Below are positions 48,072 through 58,585 of a stretch of 64,000 nt of DNA, piece by piece. The stretch comes from an uncultured Burkholderia sp. (GTDB lineage: Bacteria; Pseudomonadota; Gammaproteobacteria; Burkholderiales; Burkholderiaceae). The position numbers and the translations under genes are program-made. The DNA lies in the NCBI GenBank assembly GCA_964425025.1, contig CAYRLJ010000003.1, positions 2,962-66,961 of the forward strand. Reading direction: 5' to 3'. The notes under the pieces were generated by a model. The model had not been told where the DNA came from. It saw nothing but the letters and a program-made list of their open reading frames with translations, and did not search any database. Numbering within the stretch: position 1 is the stretch's first letter; the number at the start of each line of letters is the position of its first letter.

Positions 48072-48701
48072 TCAACGAAATTGCGCGGCCGCGACGAACA
48101 ACACCATGCTTCCGATCGCGCCGTCGAGCACGCGCCAAGCCGTTGCCTTGCGGAACAGCGGGGCCAGCAGCCGGGCGCCATAGCCGAGCGCCGCGAACCA
48201 CAGCGGGCTGATCGTCATTGCACCGAGTGCGAACGCCAAGCGCGCGCCTTCGGGCTCGCGAGCACCGGCGGTGCCGATCAGCAGCAAAACATCGACATAG
48301 ACGTGAGGGTTGAGCCAGGTGAACGCCAAGGTCATGAGGACTACCGACCAACCGCTTTGTCTCGTAGCCGCGGGCTCCGCTCGCTGTTCGTCCGTCACTT
48401 TCATGACAGCGTGACCGGGGCGCCATGCGCGTCTGAGTGCCGACAAGCCGAACCAGGCGAGGTAAGCGAGCCCGCCGTACAAGATGACCTCGACCAGCCG
48501 CGGATAGTGCATGGCGAGCGCCGACGCGCCGCCGACGCCAGCCGCGATCAGCAAGAAATCGGAGACCGTGCACAGTGCCACGATCTTGCCGACGTGCGAA
48601 CGCATGATCCCTTGACGAAGCACGAACGCGTTTTGCGCGCCAATGGTGACGATGAGCGAGGCGCACAGCGCTGCGCCGTGCGAGTAAGCGGTCCAGTTCA
48701 T
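48072..48701 (-). CDS. argO: LysE/ArgO amino acid exporter
   Basis: IGAQNAFVLRQG, TWLNPHVY; divergent from argP. Confidence 0.9.
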   Translation of the reverse strand: MNWTAYSHGAALCASLIVTIGAQNAFVLRQGIMRSHVGKIVALCTVSDFLLIAAGVGGASALAMHYPRLVEVILYGGLAYLAWFGLSALRRAWRPGHAVMKVTDEQRAEPAATRQSGWSVVLMTLAFTWLNPHVYVDVLLLIGTAGAREPEGARLAFALGAMTISPLWFAALGYGARLLAPLFRKATAWRVLDGAIGSMVLFVAAAQFR

Positions 48702-48798
48702 GGGGGAGGGAGTAGACGATACGGGTAGATGGCGTTAGTCTGCATGCAAAATGCATCTAAGAACATCTAAATCAACTAATCCTGATTAAGGAAAACTA

Positions 48799-49695
48799 AT
48801 GATCGATTACGCCTTGCTCGATGCGCTCGCGGCCGTCGTCCGTCACGGATCGTTCGATCGTGCGGCGGGTGAATTGAACGTGACCGCGTCGGCCGTATCC
48901 CAACGCGTCAAGCTGCTCGAGGAACGCGTCGGCAGTGTGCTCGTCAAGCGTGGGCAACCCTGCGTCGCGACGACATCCGGGGCCTTGCTTTGCCGCCATA
49001 CCGAGCGCGTGCGTCTGCTCGAGGCGCAACTTGCGGACGACATGCCTTCAATGGCTGGCAGCCTGCGCGAGCAGTCGTGGCCCACGTTGCGTGTCGCCGT
49101 CAACGACGACAGCGTCGGTACTTGGTTCGTCGATGCCGTCGCGGCGTTCTGCGCCGAGCGGCGGATGCTGCTCGATCTCGTCATCGACGATCAAGATCAT
49201 ACGGCTCAGCGCATTCGCGACGGCAGCGTCCAAGGGGCGGTGACGACGCAGGCCGAGCCCGTGCAGGGCTGCCGTTCCGTGCGGCTGGGCCGTATGCGTT
49301 ATCTAGCCGTATGCTCGCCGTCGTTTTTCGGCCGCTATTTCAAGGGTGGGGTCAACCGCGAGGCGCTGCGTCGGGCACCGTGCGTGGTATTCAACCCTAA
49401 GGACGCGCTGCAAGCGCGGTTCATGCGCCGCTTGACGCGCACGGACATCGATCCGCCACAGCACTGGCTGCCGCACGTCGGCGGCTATCTGCGCGCTTGC
49501 ATGACGGGACTTGGCTGGGGCATGTGTCCAACGCAGATGATCGGCGCGACGCTCGAGGGTGGCGAACTCGTCGAACTCGCTCCGGGCCGCCATCTAGACG
49601 TCGACCTTTACTGGCAGAGCTGGCGCTTATCGATCGGCTGGCTCGACGAATTCAGCGCGGTGTTGAAGCGGCGCGCCGCCGAATTCCTGGACTGA
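48799..49695 (+). CDS. argP: LysR-family regulator ArgP/LysG
   Basis: DYALLDALAAV..GSFDRAA..SAVSQRVK; VNDDSVGTW; LYWQSW; divergent from a LysE gene. Confidence 0.9.
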   Translation: MIDYALLDALAAVVRHGSFDRAAGELNVTASAVSQRVKLLEERVGSVLVKRGQPCVATTSGALLCRHTERVRLLEAQLADDMPSMAGSLREQSWPTLRVAVNDDSVGTWFVDAVAAFCAERRMLLDLVIDDQDHTAQRIRDGSVQGAVTTQAEPVQGCRSVRLGRMRYLAVCSPSFFGRYFKGGVNREALRRAPCVVFNPKDALQARFMRRLTRTDIDPPQHWLPHVGGYLRACMTGLGWGMCPTQMIGATLEGGELVELAPGRHLDVDLYWQSWRLSIGWLDEFSAVLKRRAAEFLD

Positions 49696-49889
49696 ACGCA
49701 TGCGTGCGTAACTTGCGGTAAACCCTGGAAGGTCGTTCCCCTTTTGCGTATTGCATTCGGGTTCTGGCAACATAGCTTGGTTTATCCATTCCGATGCAGT
49801 TGCGCGACGAGTTACGCGTAGTCGCAACGGGCGCTTGGCGCCTCATAATTAGCCGTCCCTCCCAAAACACTACGAGTAGCGCATTTCCT

Positions 49890-50465
49890 ATGGTTTTGAA
49901 CGTCGAAAGTGCCCGCCAAACCGCGGATCTGGGCAGTAAGATCCGAGCGCTGCGACAGCGGCTGCGCAGAACGCTCGACGACATTGCCACGGTGGCCGGT
50001 ATCTCCAAGCCGTTCCTGTCGCAAGTCGAACGCGGCCTCGCTACGCCGTCCCTGACGTCGCTCGCCGGTATTGCTACCGCCCTTGGCGTCACGCTTCAGT
50101 ACTTCGTGGATACCCCGAGCGAGGAGCGTTCGGTGCGCCGCGCGGGCCAGCTACGATTCTTCAGCTTCGCCGATTCGACGGATCTATTCGCGCGATTGAC
50201 CAACTCGTCGGTCGGCAGTCAACTCGAAAGCATCTTGGTTCGCTTGCCGGCGGGGCAAGCCAAGGCCGCGGAAGTGACGACGCATGCCGGCGAGGAGTTT
50301 CTCTACGTTATTTCGGGCGAGATGTCGTTGACGCTCGAAGGCAAGACGTTCGTGCTCTCTACGGGCGACAGCGCGCATTTCGAATCGACGGTACCGCATA
50401 GCTGGGCGAACATGGGCGACGTGGAGGTCACGCTCGTTTGGGTTGGCACACCGAGGCTCTTTTGA
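49890..50465 (+). CDS. XRE-family HTH plus cupin regulator
   Basis: SKPFLSQVERG..PSL HTH; HAGEEF..GDSAHF cupin. Confidence 0.92.
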   Translation: MVLNVESARQTADLGSKIRALRQRLRRTLDDIATVAGISKPFLSQVERGLATPSLTSLAGIATALGVTLQYFVDTPSEERSVRRAGQLRFFSFADSTDLFARLTNSSVGSQLESILVRLPAGQAKAAEVTTHAGEEFLYVISGEMSLTLEGKTFVLSTGDSAHFESTVPHSWANMGDVEVTLVWVGTPRLF

Positions 50466-50514
50466 TATCGGTGTTCGGCGTGCGCCGATGGGTGTGTATT
50501 TGAGCGAACCGGCG

Positions 50515-51363
50515 TCACATATTGCCGACGCGCTCGAGCAGGGCCATCGCTGCGTCTGGGTTGCTCGCTTTGTAGCCGCTGATCACATAGAGGTAGACGT
50601 CGCGTGGTGTCGATTCAAGTGGGGTCTGCGCAACCGTGCGCAAGTCCTTGGGCTGAGAGCCGTCCGCCCACAGCTTCGCGCGAGCGGCCCACGCATCGAG
50701 CGCTTGGCTCGAATACCCTAGCGATTCGTCTTCAGTGGTGCCCATGATTCGTGCGTAGACGAACGGGGCAGTGACGTCCGCGATTTGCGGATAGTCGCTA
50801 TCGCCCGATACGACGACGGCGACGCCGTGCTCATGTAGCAGCGAGACGAACTCGGGGTGCTGGAAGCTTTCGTGTCTTACTTCGACGGCATGCCGAATCG
50901 CGCGGCCGTCGACGCGCTTCGGCAGCAACCGCAAGAATGCGTTGAAATCCTCGGCATCGAATTGCTTGGTGGGCGCGAATTGCCAGTTAATCGGCCCGAG
51001 TTTTTTCCCGAGTGCGAGCACGCCACTCGAGAAAAAGCGTTCGATCGAGTCGCCGGCTTCGGCCAGGACGCGACGATGTGTGGCGAAGCGCGGTGCCTTT
51101 AGCGAGAAGACGAAATCGTCGGGCGTCTCGTCGCGCCACTTCTCGAAGCTCGTGGCGCGTTGCGTGCCGTAGAACGTCCCGTTGATTTCGATCGAGCTGA
51201 GCTTGCGGCTCGCGTATTCGAGCTCTCGCTTTTGCGTCAGATCACCGGGGTAGAAACGACCGCGCCAAGGCTCATAGGTCCAGCCGCCGATGCCGATGCG
51301 AATGTGCGCGGCGGGTGTGTCCTTTTTGCGGCTGCGAGGCTTGGCGCGATGCGTTTCGGTCAT
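50515..51363 (-). CDS. DUF72 (YecE-like) protein
   Basis: IRIGIGGW, EINGTFY, FSLKAPR, VEVRH. Confidence 0.9.
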   Translation of the reverse strand: MTETHRAKPRSRKKDTPAAHIRIGIGGWTYEPWRGRFYPGDLTQKRELEYASRKLSSIEINGTFYGTQRATSFEKWRDETPDDFVFSLKAPRFATHRRVLAEAGDSIERFFSSGVLALGKKLGPINWQFAPTKQFDAEDFNAFLRLLPKRVDGRAIRHAVEVRHESFQHPEFVSLLHEHGVAVVVSGDSDYPQIADVTAPFVYARIMGTTEDESLGYSSQALDAWAARAKLWADGSQPKDLRTVAQTPLESTPRDVYLYVISGYKASNPDAAMALLERVGNM

Positions 51364-51376
51364 GGTTGCTTCGCTC

Positions 51377-52084
51377 TCAGTTGGGCTCGGGTGCTCGCAT
51401 GGGCTGTGTTGCGTCTTCGCCCGGCCTGTTAGCAATTCCGCCAATACTTTGCTCTGCATAGCGAGCCACGACATGGCCGAAGTTCGGAAGCTGCCCTGCA
51501 GCCTCGCGGCGCCGGAATTCGTCGCGAAGTTGTACCAGTTCGTCGTTGGTTGCCGACGCGAGGAACTCGGGGTCTAGCGTCCTGTTAAGCACCTCGCTAC
51601 GCAAATTTCGCAGTGCAGGCGCGTCTAATGCCAGCAAATCGATCATGTATTTCGCTCGGTCGTCTTTGCGATCCGTCGGGACGATCGAACCCCTCAGCGT
51701 GTACATGAACCGCTGTTCGCACGCGGGATCGACCGGCGCGATGTGTTGGTCTTCGTCAAAGCCATTACTTTTCGCATGCCCACAGTGACGCGGAGTGGTG
51801 CGCTGCTGTCCCCGCAAGCATGACGCATGTAGGTTTGCGTATTCCAGTTGCAATGTCTCGTAGTGTTCTTGAGGCCGAAAATGTTCGATGTGACTCTCGT
51901 CGAGGGTGATAGAGCGCCCGCAGTAGCAACACACCGAGCCTTGTTCGGCGAGCAAAGCACTATGGAGATTGCGCTTTTCCGGATTTCGAAGATTGTCGTA
52001 GGTCGGCTTCCAACCCTCGTTGGCAGGCTGCGTTTTCCAGTTTTCGAAATCAGCAGGCGAGGTGCCTTTTGTCACGTGTTTCAT
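51377..52084 (-). CDS. ptuB: PtuB-like HNH endonuclease (TIGR02646-like)
   Basis: LLAEQGSVCCYCG..HIEHFRPQ..Y.NLHASC..HCG..K; ATG 52084 overlaps the ATPase stop (ATGA). Confidence 0.82.
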   Translation of the reverse strand: MKHVTKGTSPADFENWKTQPANEGWKPTYDNLRNPEKRNLHSALLAEQGSVCCYCGRSITLDESHIEHFRPQEHYETLQLEYANLHASCLRGQQRTTPRHCGHAKSNGFDEDQHIAPVDPACEQRFMYTLRGSIVPTDRKDDRAKYMIDLLALDAPALRNLRSEVLNRTLDPEFLASATNDELVQLRDEFRRREAAGQLPNFGHVVARYAEQSIGGIANRPGEDATQPMRAPEPN

Positions 52085-53376
52085 CGCCCAATGACCTCCT
52101 TGCGCTTGAGCAACGCTTCGGCTCCCGCCAACTCCGGCAGCCCTGGCGCCGCGCACTTTAGAGAGTCGAGCAATTCGCGAGCAGAGGCGAGTTCGTTGCG
52201 TTCGAGCAGTTCAAACAATTCCGACAATTTCTGCTCGATTCCGATCGGCCGCTTGCTGGCCTCCATGATTTGCTCCAGCACGCGGCTTGCATCTAGGCCA
52301 TAGCTGACTTCTGGATGAGCGACACTCTCCTGAGTCACGAGAATGACTTGTTCCGGCCGTAGTTCGCCGAGTACTTGGGGCGAGTGGCTCGTTGCGATGA
52401 ACTGAACTTCTGGGAAGGCGTCTTGCAGGCCAGTCGTTATAAGCCGTTGCCATTTCGGATGCAGATGGACATCCAACTCGTCGATGAGCACGATCCCGGG
52501 TGTCTTTTTTGTCACTTCTTGGCCGAGATGCGGGTTCAACAGGCACATGCGTCGCGCGATGTCGACGACGAGAGCGATTGCCACGCGCTGACCGTCACTC
52601 AGATTCCTGTATTCAGTCGGAGGTGCTCCGTCGCGCCATTCGACCAGCAAGCTCTTCTGGATGAAGTCGAAGCGGATTCCCGCCGCGCCGTCGACTGCCG
52701 CCGCCAGTGCAAAATTGACCAACGCTAGTTCATCGTCAAGAATCTCGTCCCGGTTGACGGTCCGGTCAGTCAACAACTGCAGGCGCTCTTGGCTCTTGCT
52801 GATTGCCCATCGCTGGAGCGCGACGTGGTCGGACGCTGCTTCCCACCAAAGACGGTAGCCGTCCGTGCGTGACGCGCGTTCGGTGGCCGCGCTCATCTCG
52901 TTGGGTTCAGCGGGCTGCCAGTTTCTATAGGCGGGATAGAAAGCAATGACCGGAAGCGTGAGACGCGCAGTCTGCTGCTCGGACGATTGCATCGATTGCC
53001 AAACTTGTGCCGGCGTCTGGCCTCGCACTATCAGCGGGCTAGGTTGACCGGCTTTTGCAGTCGTCCAGGCCACGGTTTGCCCGAAGGCCTCACCGTTTGC
53101 CGAAACTTCGACCGGGTACATCTCCTCGAACCGATATCGGCCCCCGGCGACGGTCGGTTGTACTCGTACCGCGCCCCGTTCGGCGAATGCGTTGACGTTG
53201 CGTTCTGGAATCGGCATGAAGTTCGTATAGCCAGTCAGCGCTTCTCGAACCCCCTTCAAAATCGAAGTCTTACCGCTGCCATTGACTCCAGCAACGACAT
53301 TGAAGCCGGGCTGAAACGTCACGGACAGGTCGCGAAAGCAGCGATAGTTTTTTAGAACGATCGAATTGAGTTTCAT
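52081..53376 (-). CDS. ptuA: PtuA-like ABC/AAA ATPase
   Basis: GVNGSGKT, LSDGQR..DIARR..LNP, LIDELDVHLHPKWQ, QFIATSHSP. Confidence 0.85.
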   Translation of the reverse strand: MKLNSIVLKNYRCFRDLSVTFQPGFNVVAGVNGSGKTSILKGVREALTGYTNFMPIPERNVNAFAERGAVRVQPTVAGGRYRFEEMYPVEVSANGEAFGQTVAWTTAKAGQPSPLIVRGQTPAQVWQSMQSSEQQTARLTLPVIAFYPAYRNWQPAEPNEMSAATERASRTDGYRLWWEAASDHVALQRWAISKSQERLQLLTDRTVNRDEILDDELALVNFALAAAVDGAAGIRFDFIQKSLLVEWRDGAPPTEYRNLSDGQRVAIALVVDIARRMCLLNPHLGQEVTKKTPGIVLIDELDVHLHPKWQRLITTGLQDAFPEVQFIATSHSPQVLGELRPEQVILVTQESVAHPEVSYGLDASRVLEQIMEASKRPIGIEQKLSELFELLERNELASARELLDSLKCAAPGLPELAGAEALLKRKEVIGR

Positions 53377-53616
53377 AAAGCCATCTCTCTAGGCGATGCC
53401 CTACGCGTGCGCTCTTGAATGGCGATGATCGCCGGCCCGGCGGGCTGGGCGCGTAGTGGTCGGCTTGACCCGCTCGCGCGAGCGCAGATCGTAGAAGGGG
53501 AGAACGAAGCAGTGTACAGCAGGTGGAAGAAGAAATGCTCGGGACGACAAGCCTCTACGACCTTGGCGGCCGCAGGGGCTCTGCAATACGATATAAAGCG
53601 GCGCCTCGTCAGCGCA

Positions 53617-55128
53617 TCACTCAGTCGCCATACTACGCGCGCTAGCCGCAGCCACCGCCGGATTCGATGCACGACGATGCTGATCGGACAGCTTTCGCAT
53701 CAGCGGCAACAACAACAGCGACATCACGACACCCGCCGCCGCGAGCCAACCGAGTTCGGCGAATAGGTTTGTATATAGCGGTAGCGATTGGGTCGCGGGC
53801 AAAGCGTTGGACGGCATCTGCGCGAAGTTCGCGACGACGCTGCCCAAATACTGGGAGATGCCGGTGGCAAGGAAGTACGCCCCCATCATGAAGCCGCTCA
53901 TCCGAGCCGGGATGTAACGCGCGATCATCGCCAGCCCGAGCCCGCTGACGAGCAATTCGCCCAGCGAGTTTAGACCGTAGCCCCACACCATGAACCACGA
54001 GGAAACACGACCATCCACCGCGTAGCGTCCGCTCAGTGCATAGATGACGAACCCGATCGCGACGGCCACATAGCCCAACGCGAATTTCGCGGCGATGCTG
54101 ATGTCGCCGCGGCCTTTCGCGAGCCGCGTATACGTCGATGCAAGCACGGGACTCAGCAGCATGATCCAAATGGGGTTGAGCGCTTGAAATTGCGCGGCGC
54201 TCCACGAAAACAGATGCACGCCGAACAGCGAGAAAGTGGGATCGACATTGCGCAGAGCGAACAACGTCAGCGACGTCATCTGCTGCTGATAGAAGATGAA
54301 GAAAAGAATCGATTGAAGGACGAGGATCAAAGCGGCGATGAGCCCCGCGCGCTCCGAGCGCTCGCATTTGGCGATCATATAGCCGAACAGGGCGAGAATC
54401 GCCACCCCCCCGATGTCGACGCAGGTCACGGCAAGCGCCTTGTGGCCCAGCACATACGTGGCCGCCGCACCCACCGCCACCGCGCCGACGGCCACCGCAC
54501 CGAAGCGGCGCCATACGATCGGCTTGGCGTCTGGAGCGGAACCCACATGGGACAGCGAGCGGTAGCGCAGCAAGAAATTGAGCACGCCTAAAATCATGCC
54601 GGCGCAGCAGACCGCGAATGCGGCACGCCATCCCCAACGATCCTTGATCCAGGGTGTGGCCAGGATCGAGATGGTCGAGCCGATGTTCACGGCCATGTAG
54701 TAGATCGTGAAGGCGCTATCGATGCGAGCATCGTCGCCTTCGTAGATACGGCGCACGAGATTCGCGGAGTTCGCCTTGAACAGCCCGTTGCCGACGACGA
54801 TGACGCCGAGCGACGTATAGAGAAACGACAGGTGTTCGTTCGGCAGCGCGAGCATGCCGTACCCGAACGAAAGGACGAGGGCGCCGATCAGCATCGTGCG
54901 CCGCGAGCCGAGAATCTTGTCTCCGATCCATCCGCCGATCGACGGAGCCGCATAAACAAGCGCGGTAAAGGCGCCCCATGTGAGGTTCGCGCGTGCATCG
55001 CCGAATCCCAGCCGTTCGACCATGTAAAGCACGAGCAATGCACCCATGCCGTAATAGCCGAAACGCTCCCACATTTCGACTAAGAAGACCGTCGTGAACG
55101 ATCTCTTTTGCGAAGCCGACGAATTCAT
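53617..55128 (-). CDS. POT-family proton-dependent oligopeptide transporter
   Basis: EMWERFGYYG (ExxER), GNGLFK, FTIYYMAVNIG. Confidence 0.95.
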   Translation of the reverse strand: MNSSASQKRSFTTVFLVEMWERFGYYGMGALLVLYMVERLGFGDARANLTWGAFTALVYAAPSIGGWIGDKILGSRRTMLIGALVLSFGYGMLALPNEHLSFLYTSLGVIVVGNGLFKANSANLVRRIYEGDDARIDSAFTIYYMAVNIGSTISILATPWIKDRWGWRAAFAVCCAGMILGVLNFLLRYRSLSHVGSAPDAKPIVWRRFGAVAVGAVAVGAAATYVLGHKALAVTCVDIGGVAILALFGYMIAKCERSERAGLIAALILVLQSILFFIFYQQQMTSLTLFALRNVDPTFSLFGVHLFSWSAAQFQALNPIWIMLLSPVLASTYTRLAKGRGDISIAAKFALGYVAVAIGFVIYALSGRYAVDGRVSSWFMVWGYGLNSLGELLVSGLGLAMIARYIPARMSGFMMGAYFLATGISQYLGSVVANFAQMPSNALPATQSLPLYTNLFAELGWLAAAGVVMSLLLLPLMRKLSDQHRRASNPAVAAASARSMATE

Positions 55129-55561
55129 CAAAAAGTTCTCCCTGATAGGTCGAATTACGTTCGCACGTTGTGTGTGCTCAGTTCAGACGCTGGCGATTGC
55201 CCACGCGCGGTAGCACGCGAATCGCCGAACTCGCTTTCGCGAGCCTACACCGGCACGCCGCTGCCATGCAGCGCCGCGCGCGATTCTCCTAGCGTTGGCG
55301 CGCAGCGTCACTTCGGGTATGCACCAGTGAGCCGCCTCACACCGTTGCTAGCTGCGCGTGTAAGTGAGCCCGTGATCTGATGCGCGTTGCAATTGACCGA
55401 TTGCATTGCACCCGCCCATTTTTTTGAACCGTCATTCGCCATTTATGAAAGCCACGCCTATCTTTGCGAGGGCCTTGTCGCGTATCGATGCGACGGGCGC
55501 TATCGTACCCGTACTTGCACACTCGTGGGCGAGGCCTCGCTCCCTTGACAGGGTGACGTCC

Positions 55562-56953
55562 ATGAGGTCGCGTGTCGTCGCATTAACGTGCGGCATGCAA
55601 GCCCTCGCGGGCGTCACGTCCGCATGCGCCGATGAGCCACCGCCGCGGCTCGCGCAGCAGGCCACGACACCGAACGCAGTCGTTGGAGCTGAATCCGCCT
55701 TGACGGTCACGCCGCCCACGCCGCGCTCGAGCCAAGCCAGCAGTGCAGGGTTCATCGCCGATAGCCGGTTAGACCTCGAATGGCGCAACTACACCGACTA
55801 CTTCCATGCGCCCGGCATTAGCCGCCATGCATGGGCCGAAGGTCTTCAGGCCAAATTCGAATCGGGATTTACACAAGGCTTTATCGGTGTGGGCCTTGAC
55901 GCGGCGATCTTCGGCGAGCTGAAACTCGATGGCGGGCGAGGTGCTCGCAACATGGTGTACCTCGGCCGTCACGGCGACGGTGAAAATCGCCGCGTGTGGG
56001 CTTATCCCGGGACGTACGCCGTGAAGGCACGTATTTCGGAGTCCGAAATAAAGTATGGTCTACAAGACGTATCGAACCCGTTCTTGGATCCGCACGACAA
56101 CCGCGCGCTACCGCCGGCTTTTCTCGGCGCATCGCTCGTGAGCCGGGAAATGAGCGGGTTCTCGATGCAGGCTGGCAGCTTCACGAAGGTGGACCCGCGC
56201 GGCCAAACGAACTTGGTGAACCTGCGCACGACGTACGGGCGCGTCGCGTTCAAGCGAGTGAGCTATGCGGGCGCCACGTGGGACTATTCGCCCAACGGCT
56301 CCGCATCGCTCTACGCGGATCAGGCAGACGACGTGTGGCGCCAATATTACGCGTCGCTGCAACAAGGTATCGGTAGCGTGCAGTCGATCAAGCTGACCGG
56401 TTTCGCGAACATCTATTCGACCCACGATACCGGCGCGGCGCTGCAAGGACCCATTCATAACAATGCCTACAGCATGTCGCTATCGGCGCAGCATGGCCCG
56501 CATGGGTTGCTGCTCGGCTATCAAAAGATACTCGGCGATCAGTTCTTCGATTACATCGACGAGACGGCGGGTGTTTATCTCGTCAATTCGATGGACGTCG
56601 ATTACAACGCGCCGCATGAACAGTCGCTGCAGTTGCGCTATACGTTCGACGGCAAGTACGCTGGCCTCCCGGGCTTTTCGGCCATGGTATGGGCGCAGCA
56701 GGGGTGGGGCGCCGATGCATCGGCCGCTGTCTCGAGCGAGGGGGGCGGCGCGCTTTACTTCCGAAACGGGCAACCCCTGCACGGCAGGCACCACGAGTTC
56801 GGAATCATCCCGACGTATGTTGTGCAAAGCGGGCCGCTACGAAATGCGAAGGTCACGCTGATTGCCCAGTGGCATGTTGGGTCGGCGTATTACGCCGACA
56901 GCACGAACCAGGTCTACCGGCTCGTGATAACGCTGCCGATGCGCGTGTTTTGA
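55562..56953 (+). CDS. OprD-family outer membrane porin
   Basis: FESGFTQGFIGVGLD, NAPHEQSLQLRY, terminal Phe; start uncertain. Confidence 0.88.
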   Translation: MRSRVVALTCGMQALAGVTSACADEPPPRLAQQATTPNAVVGAESALTVTPPTPRSSQASSAGFIADSRLDLEWRNYTDYFHAPGISRHAWAEGLQAKFESGFTQGFIGVGLDAAIFGELKLDGGRGARNMVYLGRHGDGENRRVWAYPGTYAVKARISESEIKYGLQDVSNPFLDPHDNRALPPAFLGASLVSREMSGFSMQAGSFTKVDPRGQTNLVNLRTTYGRVAFKRVSYAGATWDYSPNGSASLYADQADDVWRQYYASLQQGIGSVQSIKLTGFANIYSTHDTGAALQGPIHNNAYSMSLSAQHGPHGLLLGYQKILGDQFFDYIDETAGVYLVNSMDVDYNAPHEQSLQLRYTFDGKYAGLPGFSAMVWAQQGWGADASAAVSSEGGGALYFRNGQPLHGRHHEFGIIPTYVVQSGPLRNAKVTLIAQWHVGSAYYADSTNQVYRLVITLPMRVF

Positions 56954-57088
56954 TCGTCTCTTCGGAGGATGCGCACGCGGCCGAGCCGTGGCCGCGGCGT
57001 GCGTTGAGAAATAACGAGCGTGCGAAGCCGGGTGGACTACAGCGATGCAACGACGTGGTCGTAAAAGGAAGTGACGGATTCGGTAAAT

Positions 57089-57334
57089 TTACCGAACGTG
57101 CTGTTCGCCCGGTAATTCTGCCCCGTGTGCACGAATGGCCGCGATCAATTCAGCCGGCGTGATCTCGTAGCGCACTTCGCGGTGGATGCCGGGCTTGCGC
57201 TCGTCGATCTCGATCAGATGAATGCTTTTGCCGTCGTCCGTCGCTTCGAGCCGCAATGTACGGACGACATGTCCGCCCGTGTCGTGGATTTCGGTGAGCA
57301 GGGTCATTGCCCCGGAAGAGCCGGTGGTGCGCAT
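57089..57334 (-). CDS. Small hypothetical protein
   Basis: 81 aa ORF with GAGGA RBS; globular composition (LTEIHD..YEITPAELIAAIR). Confidence 0.65.
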   Translation of the reverse strand: MRTTGSSGAMTLLTEIHDTGGHVVRTLRLEATDDGKSIHLIEIDERKPGIHREVRYEITPAELIAAIRAHGAELPGEQHVR

Positions 57335-57599
57335 CGAACGTTTCCTCGAGTCGTGGTGAAACGATTGTACGGGCTTACGAAGACTCGTGTCTGTCGCGCC
57401 GCGCGTGCACAGCGCGACCTGCGGCAGGCACGTGCTACCGTGCCTCGCGCCCATTTCATGCCGATGAGTGTATCGCGAAGTTCAGTCGCGCCAGCGCCTT
57501 TTATAAGTGCACGAACACAAAGTGCGACACCGTGCGCGCTTAGGGCTTGACGCTCCCGAATTTTTTCGTCGCCGGCCGGCTGGCCGGCGCAGGCATCAA

Positions 57600-58169
57600 T
57601 CAGGCGACATGCATACGCTCGCTTTCGACGAGGGCTTGCGCGATTTCCCACGCATCGCGCGCGGCATCGATGCGGCCACTCAATTGCCGCGCGAGGGTAG
57701 CGCCATCGAGCAGCAGCGCGCAGCGGCGGGCGAGCCGGGTGGCCGTTGCACCGTCGAACCGCTCGCCGAGAATGCGCTCGAGGCAATAAACGAACGCGCG
57801 GCGCTGGGTTTCCGATGCCGCGAGAATTTCGTTCTCCTCAGCATGGAATTCCGCGGCCGCATGGATGAGCATGTTGCCTGTGAACGTTTCGGAACGGAAC
57901 CACGTATCGTGCCATTGGAAGATCGCGTGGAGCTTGTCGAGTGCGTCGGTATGCGCCGCGACGGCGGCGGCGATTCCGGCCGCCAATGCCGCGCCCTGCT
58001 CGTTCAGTACTTCGACGACGAGGCGTGTCTTGGACGGGAAGTGCTTGTACATCGTCATCTTGGCGACGCGCGATTCGGCGATGATGCGGTCGATACCGAC
58101 GGCGTGAAAACCGAACTGCGAAAATAACCGGGTTGCGGTTTCGACCAGCGCTTTCTTTTTTTCGCTCAT
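57600..58169 (-). CDS. TetR-family regulator
   Basis: GFHAVGIDRII..VAKMTMYKHFPSK. Confidence 0.93.
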   Translation of the reverse strand: MSEKKKALVETATRLFSQFGFHAVGIDRIIAESRVAKMTMYKHFPSKTRLVVEVLNEQGAALAAGIAAAVAAHTDALDKLHAIFQWHDTWFRSETFTGNMLIHAAAEFHAEENEILAASETQRRAFVYCLERILGERFDGATATRLARRCALLLDGATLARQLSGRIDAARDAWEIAQALVESERMHVA

Positions 58170-58585
58170 TTTAGACGTCCGCTTCTAGTAGTGGAAGTTA
58201 TGTGTTTTCGCGGCGAAACCGTGTCACTAGGCGTGCTTCTTCCTTGAAAAATGCTTTTCAGGAAGGAACGTTTCGCTTGAGCGTGACATGGATTCGGCTT
58301 AGCCGCGCAGTCTCTCAATGCGCGGCATGATCTCGAAGCCTCGTCATTCAAATCGAAGCGCGCGATGAAATCAAGCCCTTTACGTGACTAACCCGATTGC
58401 ACGCCCGTTTTATTTTCACCGCGTGTATGAGGCGCTTTGCGTCAATCGATCGAAACGCCGCACGTACCTGACATTTTGCTTGCGGTGCGACACACGACGG
58501 CGCCGTCGGATTTGCCTCCGGCGCGCTACTTGCATAAACGGGGTGATACGATCCTGTGGGCCCGCAACTTCCTCTTTCGACGAAC

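Noticed and set aside
53377-53616. Retron msr/msd ncRNA upstream of the PtuA/PtuB pair
   Set aside because: No reverse transcriptase in the window and no a1/a2 inverted repeats or long msd stem visible
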